Positions 40,801-52,800 of a stretch of 64,000 nucleotides of DNA are shown piece by piece. The notes beneath the pieces were generated by a model, which ran no database searches, was not told the origin of the DNA, and was given only the letters and a program-made list of their open reading frames with translations. This stretch comes from Antedon mediterranea (lineage: Eukaryota; Animalia; Echinodermata), in assembly GCF_964355755.1 (NCBI RefSeq), contig NC_092676.1:23392871-23456870 (forward strand). The letters run 5' to 3'. The stretch's first letter is position 1. Every line of letters starts with the position of its first letter. The position numbers and the translations under genes are program-made.

Positions 40801-43800
40801 TGTAGTAAATTGTATTAGTTTAAATGTATGTGTATTGTTTCTGGGGTCTTTCTCGAGACAAGAAACTTGTTTTCTTCTAGAGAAGACCCCAAATGATGGC
40901 TCATTACTATGTTTTCATTTATGTACTACCTATAATTATATTATACTGTATAATGCCATTGTTGATTAAATAAATGTTTTCTGAACTTGAACTGATATAA
41001 GGACTATAAACCGCAATTATAACCTGTGTGCACTTTAAAGAACCCAGTTCATTATTCGAAAAGAGTAGGGGGTTACCCCGGTGAACTGGTTCATAAAATA
41101 GCCCCTGTATCAGGTGGATTAACACCTATCTGATAGGACATAAATAACCGAGATGCGCTCTGTTAAATGTGATAAACCTCACAATATTTTGTAGTACGTC
41201 AATTGTGTAAATGATTTCATATCTACAACTTAATGTCTTCAATAAGTTAAAGAAATTGGATGTCATCGTGCATTCTGAAGAATTGTTTTCATTTTAAAAA
41301 TTCCTTATTTTTACCATTTTTAGCACTTTTGTGCAATTATTGTGTGCATTTTGTCACATGCTCATATAGTGTTATTTTAATTCAGAATGGACTCAAATTT
41401 TGTGAAAGGATGATGAGTAAAAAAATTTGTTTTGTTACGCTTTTTAAGTATCGCGTATGCAGTAACGTGTTTTTGCGCAGTAATTTTTTTTAACATGCAA
41501 ACGGGCTAATTCATGCTCTAATTTGATCAAAACTTTGAGCTTTTTAAATAATAATGAATTGTATTGATTATGCATTGAAATGAAAAAATGCTTCATGTGA
41601 AATATATTGAGTTTTCTATTCAATGAGACAGATCAAAGTTGAAGGACAGAATAGTTTAACTTTAATGAAAACATTTTCCCAATTAAATTCTTGTGCAATC
41701 ACCATTTGTATATTATTATTAAATGTAACTTTTTTTTCTTTACAATTCAAGAAAATGTCATCGAAATTGGACTCAGCATATCTTACTTTACTTTCTGATT
41801 TAAGCAATTTATATAGAGGTGAAAAATTGTATTGGCTCAGACACCTTCTAAATGATCACTGTTCTGGAAGCAAGTTAAGCAAAAAAGACCTTACAGGACA
41901 AGACTTGTTTAATGAACTCAACGACAAAGGTTATATTTCCCAGAAACCTGCAGATGTGGATATTCTTTTGAACATTGCTAATATAACAAATGAGACGGTG
42001 GCCATAGACTTGATAACAAAATATAAAGAAACGCATCAAAGTAGCAACGAAAACTACACATACACCAAGGGCAAACCAATAACAGCACGTCGCAAACAAG
42101 TTTTTAAAGCTTTAATAGAAAACACAAAACCATCATCAGAAATAGCTGCCCACTATCAAATAGAAACAGATAACGTTTGGAATCTGATATTCAAGCTGGA
42201 AAGAGACAAACGTTTGGATGACAAATCATATTTTATAAGGATTTTTGACGAAAACGCAAGGAGTTTGTTATTGTGTATGTAAACACATTTTTAGATTTGA
42301 TAATGATAATGTATGTTTCGTTTCGTTTATTTATTTTTTCCACTCACTTATATATATATATATATATCATTTACATTTACATAACATAACATATATTAAA
42401 TGTGGGTGGATGGAAGTCACAGTAAGTTCACTGAACTTTAAGTCGTGACTCCCGTATGCCTAAGTATACTAACATTGCTACAGAGTAGACTAAAATATGA
42501 ATATATAATAGTGAAAGTACATAAAATAAAGAAATAAAAAAAAATTTAAATTATAGGAGTTAAGATAAACCAGGCAATTATATAATATATGATAAAAGGG
42601 ATAATGATAACAATTAGAGTACAATATGAAATATAATTAAATATGGTATAATAACAAGTATAACGATACAATGTAGCGGAGATTATTGAATACCAGGGTG
42701 AAGGATTTAATGCCATGTATCACCACCAAATAAATAAGGATAAAAGATCGGCGAAAATTTATGTAGCATATTCTGACACCATTTTGTGTTTGAAATTAGA
42801 TTTAAAACTAGAAAAGGAAGATTTCTGTTTAAGTTCATTTGAGAGTGAAGTCCAAAGTTTGGGACCAAAATAATACATAGAAAATCGTCGAGCCTTAACA
42901 TTTAAATTATCAAGGATATAATTGTTAACAGAGGATCGGGTTTTATAGGAATGGCGTTCGTCAATTCTTGTAAATAAAGCATTAAAATGTGAAGGCAGTA
43001 AATTGTTAGATAAACGGTACATAAATGAGGCAACTTGTAATTTATTTAAATCATAAATGTTTAAAACGTTAAATCTTTTAAAAAGTAATTTTGTATGGGC
43101 TCTAAATGATTCTCCCGCGCAAATCCGAAGTGCACGTTTTTGTAGTTTAAAAAGGCGGTCAATTTGAGTTTTCTCTAGACTTGTCCAGGGGCATAACGTA
43201 TTAAATTTGTAAAACAGAAAATCCAAGCTGATATGGGCAGGATAACATTACATTTTAATTTCCAAAGTTTTTTTAAAGTTTCTGAATGCTTGATTTATTT
43301 GTTCTTTTATGGTTCAGGCAAAACTGATGACATTGACAGACAAGATGCTTCAACAAGTACAGAAGCAACACAAGGATCAAAAACCAACACTCATTCAATG
43401 GTATGAAATTTGTTCATAAGTCTGAGTAGTGTTTACTCAAGAATATACAAAGTTACACTAAGGCAATCAAACAAAAGGACACTACGCTTTCCTAGATCAA
43501 ACAGAAAGATTTGGCGGCGGATATGATTATGCCTCGCCCCTACATGCTTGATTTATTGGCTTTCATAACATTTTATGACATGAATAGTAGTACCAAAACA
43601 GTACCATCCATATTAAATCTGTATGTTATATTTACCTTGATTTAATTAAAAGCCCTTCCCACTTTAAAAATAAATTAATCAATGCTAGAATTAACAAGAA
43701 TGTATGAGAGGCACTTTTTTGGGGAAATAACAATAAAATGAGTATACACATCATCTTCACATTTATGTATTTTAATGTCAACATTTTAAAAATGAAATTT

Positions 43801-46800
43801 AACGGTACACATAATTTCAATTAACAAAAAAAAAACCTATAAAAAACTGTTAAATCTGATATACTGTGTCTACTTCGATTAACTAAATTTTAAAAATTAA
43901 ACTATTTAAACTTAATTTTTTCGTTAAAAATCAGACATAGCACCTTTTATAGTACCAAAATACAATTAAATAGCAATAAAAAAATTCAAGGTATAGTGTA
44001 CAGTACATAGCCTAGAATTTGACGACTTCACATGAATTCGTCAAAGCCTAATCAAAGATCAAAGTTAGTTACGATAGCCTACAGTATCGTGGCAAGCGAG
44101 CTCAGCGTCCAGTTGTTTGATTGCCTTGGTTACACATGGAGCTTTTTTTGGCACTGCATTTTCGGCTGGGGGCCAAGGTAACCAAAGCTACTGTATGTGC
44201 AAAGAAAGAATAATGATAAAAAGTTGAACTCGGCACTCTCTATAGGATTAATGGTTTCTGCTCAAAAGATTTTTTACAAACAATTTGTTGTTTATAATCA
44301 AGGTCAATTCATTTTAATGTTAATTGTTTTGAGAAAATTACACCTCTAGATGGCATGAGATTGCACTCATAATCTACACTACAGCAAGTACATATATTAG
44401 AAATTATAGGGTTTTGTGTCAAAAGGTGAGCCTGGGGGACCAGTTGCTTTTAAAAATAGATGGAAGGAACATTCTCCTTGTTCCTCGTTGGGAATAACAG
44501 ATACCACTCTGTTTACCTGCAATTATACCTACATTTTTGCTGAATAAAATTTCTTTATTTCCAGGTAACAATTCAAAAAGTGAAAATGATGTGCCAAGAC
44601 CATCCAGATAACATAGCAGACCAGCATTGTAAAAAATGTAACAAAGACAGATGTGAAGAATGTGATGAAAGTTGTGTCTTAGAAAAGCATGAATTACAAC
44701 CAACGAGGTTACTTTTACCTGTACAGGAAATAGTAAATACTATGCCAGTCTATTATCTAGTATTTTTTCAAACGTTCTGTGATGTTCTTTCAACCAAATC
44801 TCTTTCAGTAAAAATGAATGTTTGAGTAATAATATATCAAATATAATTGGCTATACGGTTGATCAATTTACACCGAAGAGTGTAGTATTTAAATTGCAAA
44901 GAGAATTATGATTTTAAATAATGTAATTATAATATGTACATTTTTGTATCTTTGATGTCTGTAGTAATAAAAATTGAAATATGCAATACTTAAAACTATA
45001 GATTTTAATGCTTTTATTTTAATATTATTTTTATAATACTATTTTAACAGTAAAGTAAGTTCGTTCCGAGGTCTTCTTGCAATTTCAACTTTTCTTACCC
45101 CATCAGTACAGTGCTGATATCATCTTACTAATTCTGAGTAAAACCATGATGCTGATGGACAATGCATAAAATATAAATACGTAAATTATATCTAGTAGTT
45201 TTGTTAAAGTCTAATGAATCAGACAGGCACCATACAGTTAGTGAATCTGTGATATCCGCCTGTAACTTGTTTTGAGAAAATTACACCTCTAGATGGCATG
45301 AGAATGCACTCATAATCAACACTACAGCAAGTACATATATTAGAAATTATAGGGTTTTGTGTCAAAAGGTGAGCCTAGGGGACCAGTTGCTTTTAAAAAT
45401 AGGTGGAGGGAACATTCTCCTTGTTCCTCGTTGGCAATAACAGATACCACTCTGTTTACCTGCAATTATACCTACATTTTTGCTGAATAAAATAAAACTT
45501 CTTTATTTCCAGGTAACAATTCAAGAAGTGAAAATGATGTGCCAAGACCATCCAGATAACATAGCAGACCAGCATTGTAAAAATTGTAACAAAGACATAT
45601 GTGAAAAATGTGATGAAAGTTGTGTCTTAGAAAAGCATGATTTACAACCGAGGTTACTTTTACTAAGAGAACATGGTTCAGATAGACAGTTCATTTTCAA
45701 ATTATCTGATTTAGTAAAAGGTATGAAAAGGCCGGAATATTTAAAACTTAAAAATGATGTGGACAATTTAAAAAAAATAGTGGAAGAATTAACTAAGAAT
45801 TCAACTGAAAATATCATCATGAACCTAGTACTACAAATTTGTAATGTTATTTATACAATTTGTTTATATAGCTATAAAATTGTACTCAGTCCGATTAAAT
45901 ATTTCTTGTAAATATATATGGCCGATATGTTTTACCTGCATAACCCAACAGGTATTTGTCTACAATGTCATTTTTTGTTAATCGCCAGTACTGGTTATCT
46001 TTATATCTATCATATCATATGGACAAAAGAGTTAAGTATTGGAGTTAAACTGATGTAAGTTTTCATGTGAAAATTTAACTCTCTAATTCTTCCATATCAT
46101 TAAGTCAAATAAAACTCTGATTTACCTACAACAGGTTTCAGAGAAGTACATCCGCAAGTGATAGAAATGATAGCTAGAGGTGAATAATGAGAGAGAGAGC
46201 CCAATGCCTATAGTTTTAACCAGAAACTCAAAATAGGAAACAAATATTTGTTTATGTTATCAAACATTACCTACTGTTCTAAAGTAAACTTGTATTCAAT
46301 CAGCAATTCAAATGTCAAAATGTCACTCGAGTTCTGAAGTTACAGACGGCCCACTCTAGAGTTGTGACATCCTGTACGGGAAATAGTAAATACTATGCCA
46401 GTCTATTATCTAGTATTTTTTCAAACGTTCTGTGATGTTCTTTCAACCAAATCTCTTTCAGTAAAAATGAATGTTTGAGTAAATTAATAATATAAACATC
46501 AAATATAATTGGCTATACAGTTGATCAATTTACACCAAAGAGTGTAGTATTTAAATTGCAAAGAGAATTATGGTTTTAAATAATGTAATTATAATATGGA
46601 CATTTTTGTATCTTTGATGTCTGTAGTAATAAAAATTGAAATATGCAATACTTAAAACTATAGATGTTAATGCTTTTATTGGTTATCCGCACTTGGATCT
46701 TTTTTTTTTTTTTTTCCTATATTCTTCTTTCTTTCCACAAATTTTGTTCGCAGCGTATCTCTAATTCTGGCTAACAAATGATTGTATAACAAAAGATTGC

Positions 46801-49800
46801 CCTGTAGCTGTAGATGTGCAAGAAACTTTTTTTTTCAAATTTCGAGTCGCGCAGCGTAAGTTACGCGCGATTTTGTGAATTTCAATGATTGATCATAGAA
46901 TAAAAACTAAAAGTCGTTTTGTATTGAAACTTGGTGAAAATTGAAGTCTTATAATGCGCAAACTTTCTATGGATTAAAAATGGCATGTTTCACAAAAAGG
47001 CACGCGCATTTAAAATTTCAAAATGCGAAAAATCAATTTCTAATCAACTTTCTACGTGTTTCATGTCATTTTAAGCATTTCAAAAATTCCCACGCGTGCG
47101 CAATTTTTTTACGCGCGCGTGCGCACGTAGCGCAAAAGCATCTTTTTTTTGCTTGATTTTTGTTTTTTCAGCCTTTTCTAGTAAATTTACCAATTTTCAA
47201 TCAATTTCGATTTAAAATCACGTCATACGAGCACGTAGAATTGGACAATTTGCGCACGTTTTTTATGAAAAAGTTCAAAAATTCGTCAAAATTATGCCTT
47301 TTTTAAAACATAGATGAACTTTTTTTAAATAACATATTCTGGAAGTTGATGAGTTGTAGATATCGAATCATGCATGAATATGGCTAACCGGACATTGTGA
47401 CGTCATCGTATGGCCACTCGAATATAAAATATTGGATTTTTGTCTCTTTCGTTATAGCTCATCATATTTAATAGAGCGCATCTCTACTTATCCGTATTCC
47501 ATTTCCTCCTATTTTCTTATATTGTCTAGGTCAATTAATTATCTTTCGCATGATTCACCATTTTTAAAATTGTGATGACGTTATCATGTCCAAAAGCGTT
47601 AAAAACTTTGGTCACTTATTTTCACCTATTCTGCACTGTATGTAGTACGTATACAGTACATAGTGTTATACCGTATATACTCAGACGTGACACAAAATAG
47701 AGAGCGCACTAACATTTTTTCAATGGCATAATCGTTTTTCTGCGCGCAATATTCTAACGTATGACGTGCACGTGGCTTTTGCACTGCGGATAACCTAACT
47801 CGTCCGTAGTGACGAGTTCAAATATAGTTTTAATATTATTTTTATAATACTATCTTAACAGTAAAGTAAGTTCATTCCGAGGCCTTCTTGCAATTTCAAC
47901 TTTTGTTACCCCATCAGTACAGTGTTGATATCATCTTACTAATTCTGATGGACAATGCATAAAATATAAATATGTAAATTATATCTAGTAGTTTTGTTAA
48001 AGTCTAATGAATCAGAAAGGCACCATACAGTTAGTGAATCTGTGATATCCGCCTGTAACATGGTGGGACCAAACCCCATTAGTCACACAGGCTATTCGCC
48101 TCTTACTCTCCCCGATGCCTACTTAACTTGGAACATTACATTCCTAAGGTGGGTCTTCCAAGGAAAGTCAATCAGGATGTGGTACCATTTAATTAGTCAT
48201 CCTTCCTGTCCCCTTAATACAAATATATGTTTTGTAGTTAAGTTAGTTAGTTCGGGTATTGATTCTTGAGACTATAACATCAGTCAGAATCACTACATTT
48301 TAACATTGTTTTATAATCTTGCTGTGGATTGAATAAATATTATATTTTGTACATTGAATAATTTTGTGCCATCATTATTGTCTTGGCCCTCGACACGACT
48401 ATAGTTACTTCACTTTTTTCTTACACATAATTTGCTATGGTGCGGCATAGATACATACATCGGATTGGAAAAAACCATTTTATTAAATTATATACGTTGG
48501 TAATTGCGTACAAGCTGTCAAGCGAATTGTCAACCATAGTACGTGTGACGAACATCTAAATAGGTTAACGCATGCACACAGATTACTAATTTAATGGGAA
48601 AATTTGTAAACAATCTGTGTTATACCTACCGGTATACATTGAGACCCTGCAAACAAGGTAAAGGAAATCGAAAATTCACTGGAAGTGGCGCGACCCTAAA
48701 GATAGATTAGCTAGCCTATTTTAGAAACGATGTTGGCCTAGTGTAGTAAAAGAACATTTTCTGCTGGCCAGGCCAAGGCCTATTTCTAGTTTGAAAAGGC
48801 AACCTCAAGGAAAGAAGGGTTTGTTCAAAGCCCACGAACCTCTCATGGTTATAGTGAACAGTGAATGCACTTTGCGCTGTACTGAACACTATATAAATGT
48901 AGTAATAAGACTTATTCTAAGTCTACCAATTTTTTTTTTTAGGTGAAAATGAGAAAGTTACATATTGGAACCAAAAGTATACAAAATTCTGCTATGAACA
49001 ATAATTGATCTCCTGTGAAAACCAACAAGGTATTTTTAATTTGCTTTCTCTTTTTATACACATAAAAATAACAATTTACGTCAAACAATTATAGTTACAG
49101 TACGCCAACGATCATAAGCCAGCCTATAATAGAGTAGGCTTACTAGACATTATATTAATTGGTCTAAAGAAAAAATATTGCCATTCTAACATAACCAAAT
49201 GGATAAAACTAGTATCGGTCTAGCTGTTTCATACAGTACAGTAGTAAATTTCTGATGCCAGAAAAAAAGTATAAAAAAAAACACAAACCTTCTCTTTCCT
49301 CCTTTAACTTTGACTTGACAGATGCAATTGCATTTTCCTTTGCCTCTTCTTTAGTGAGCTCTATTTGTCTTTCTTTGTGTGCTTTCATTCTTGATTTTAT
49401 CAGTTCATTAATATCTAAAACCTAAATGAATTGAAAAAAATGTATTTTAATAATATAGTATCAGAGGTCCCAAGTTAAAAAAACGAAATTTTGGTTTAAA
49501 ATCTCGAGCGTACGTCATCTGGAGATATCCAATACCAAATTGGCTACATGCCTATGTTCGGTAATGCCAGACACCTTTTTCAAGCATACAGTAGTATAGC
49601 CTAGCCACCAAGGCCTACGATAATTTTGTTAATAAAGTAGACTTTTTCTTCACTAAATAGTGTTTCACTGCGGTTTGCATGCAAAAATCAAGTTTTCACC
49701 TTGTAGTGGATGAATACTGCCCAACTCTTATTGATGCATTGTTGTTGCATGTGACACATCAATACAACAATGTGTGCTTGGCTTGGCAGTTGATAGATGG

Positions 49801-52800
49801 CTGTTAATTCATGAAACAAAGGCCTAAGAAATACTTAGGGAAAATCGAAAAAAAACTCGCAAATTTCAGAGAACTTGGGACCTCTGTATTATTCACACAT
49901 CAAGATTAAATCCATTACTCAATAGAGATAAAAACATAATATTTAAATTGTTCAAAAGAGTTTTTGTAAGGTCAAATTTCTAACAGAATTTTTATAAAAC
50001 AATGGAAGAATGATTTCCTTACCCTAGCATTAAACTTCTGAGCAAGCAAGTGCGAAATAGATGTTTTGCCTGATAGAGGTGGGCCAACAACACACAGTTT
50101 GCATGGAGGCCTTGGTTGTGGTCCTATCAAGTATGGTCTTGGGTTCTTCACAAACTGAGCAAATGCATCTGGTCCAGACATTACATATATCTTATCTAAG
50201 AAACTGAGAAATAAATAAAAGTTAATTGTTGGTTGATTTTTTAAGCCCATCAAAAGTTGTGGTTCTTTTACTTATAGCCAGATAGTTGGAACAAAATACA
50301 CACGCATGAAGAATGGACATTAGTTGATAGACGGAAGACATTATTTGATAGACAGAAGACATTAGTTGACAGACAGATGACATTAGTTGATAGAGGACAT
50401 TAGCTCACAGACAGATAACATTACTTGATAGACAGAAGACATTAGTTAATAGACAGATAACATTAGTTGATAGACAAAAGACATGGTTGATAGACAGAAG
50501 ACATTAGTTGATAGACAGAAGACATATTTGATAGACAGAAGACATTTGATAAACAGAAGACATAGTTGATAGACAGATAACATTAGTTGATAGACAGATA
50601 ACATTAGTTGATAGACAGAAGACATTAATTGATAGACAGATAACACTAGTTCATAGACATCAACATCGTTTCGTCAACTTATCACTTACCCTACTGCATA
50701 TTCTGGTTTCCCCATGACAACATTTCCTTTCTGAAGCTCAACAGGGCAAGCACGTCCCCAACGACTCCTCCGCCAACGGTATCTAGGCGCCACCATCTCA
50801 TTACCTGCCAGTGTTCGCATCAACTCCTCCGTATCAACATCCTCCGGAATCTCTTCCTCTTCGTTACTTTGAAGACGAATTGGCACTGCCGCCCTGCGTA
50901 GCGTGAACGTGTTCAGTTTAAGCATTAAATCTCTAAAGAGCGTGCCAGGAGTTTTATTTCCATCAAGTTCAATCAGGTTTTGCTGATCGTGATCTGCCAT
51001 ATAATCCTTAAAAAAATTTTTAAAATAAGAACAAAAAATATATATATAGTAATAAAACTGGTATACTTTGAGACTCAACAAGCCGGGTCCCCTTAATAGG
51101 TTGTAGTATTAAAACATATATTGCTCCTCGTTCCTGTCATAAGAAAGTGTCCCCTTAATAGAGGTGTGCCCCGAATAGGGGTTTGTCATACATATATTGC
51201 ATTCTTTTCATGTTAAGTGTCCCCTTAATAGGGGTGTCTCGTGAATAGGGGTTTGTCATACATATATTGCATTCTTTTCATGTTAAGTGTCCCCTTAATA
51301 GGGGTGTCTCGTGAATAGGGGTTTGTCATACATATATTGCATTCTTTTCATGTTAAGTGTCCCCTTAATAGGGGTGTCTCGTGAATAGGGGTTTGTCATA
51401 CATATATTGCATTCTTTTCATGTTAAGTGTCCCCTTAATAGGGGTGTGCCCCGAATAGGGGTTTGTCATACATATATTGCATTCTTTTCATGTTAAGTGT
51501 CCCCTTAATAGGGGTGTGCCCCGAATAGGGGTTTGTCATACATATATTGCATTCTTTTCATGTTAAGTGTCCCCTTAATAGGGGTGTCCCCTGAATAGGG
51601 GTTTGTCATACATATATTGCATTCTTTTCATGTTAAGTGTCCCCTTAATAGGGGTGTCCCCTGAATAGAGGTTAGTCATACATATATTGCATTCTTTTCA
51701 TGTTAAGTGTCCCCTTAATAGGGGTGTCCCCTGAATAGGGGTTTGTCATACATATATTGCATTCTTTTCATGTTAAGTGTCCCCTTAATAGGGGTGTCCC
51801 CTGAATAGAGGTTAGTCATACATACTGTATGCCTCCTCATTCGTTTCATGAGACTCACCTCATAAAGTCTAAGCATACTGTCTTTATAAGCTTTGATGTT
51901 GTCCTTTACATATAATGCCAAGTCCTCGGGTCTTCGGACAAGTCGTTCAAGAACATCAAAGCTGAGATCAGGAATTGCATCAATTTCCTAAAAATAAAGA
52001 AGCTTCAACTTTAGATTAACAGTACACTCTCTATGTGTGTTTGCCAGAAATTTGAGAAGTTAAGTATCCTTATATTTCAAATATTACTGCTACTGCAGGT
52101 AATCTTTCAGATGAGACATTAAGCTGGTTGTATGATGTGTCTATCTTTAATTCTTGTAATTTAAACACATCATATAACCAGCTTAATGTCTCATCTGAAA
52201 GATGATGTGATAATATCAGAACAATTATAAGCAGCATATGTGAATATAGAACCAGGGCCTTCATAGTATAGCACACAGCATAATTTGTCCAATGGCCTCT
52301 TACCCCTTCCTCTAGTATTGGTTCTGCCTCGCCCTCTTCCTCCTCTTCTTCTTCCTCTTCTTCTTCTTCATCTTCCTCGCCACCCTCTTTGATTCTATGT
52401 TCTGTTTCAGATTTCTCAGGATTCCAAACTTCTTTGGTGTAAACATTACCTGTTAGAGGATCTACTTTTTGTTCCACTCGCCTCTTTAGTAAATCACTAT
52501 CTGGAATCTAATTACAAAGTCAATTTGAAGACAGTACAAAAATTAAAGTAATAATAATTTTGTATGTTTGTCTCCTTTCATCAGGGCCATAGCTACCAGT
52601 ACAGTAGGTATGGTTTCAACCTGACCACTTTTTCACAGAGGCCTTTGACATTTAATTTTAAAAACTAACGTTTTTTAAAAAGAAAACAATATTTTGGCAT
52701 CCCAGTGGCTTAAACAGAGGTTGTTCCCTCTTGACCACTTAAATCCTTGTGGTTACATCACTGTTCATGTATCAAGACTTACCAGGGGAGGAATCCCTTA

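Noticed and set aside
39322-44045. TTTGACGAATT / AATTCGTCAAA inverted match as the ends of a single element capturing the DED-like exons
   Set aside because: The match is only 11 bp of AT-rich sequence, and the right copy is explained by a local hairpin at 44018-44045.
50446-50646. ORF with MLSVYQL repeats
   Set aside because: It is a translation of the 21-bp minisatellite.
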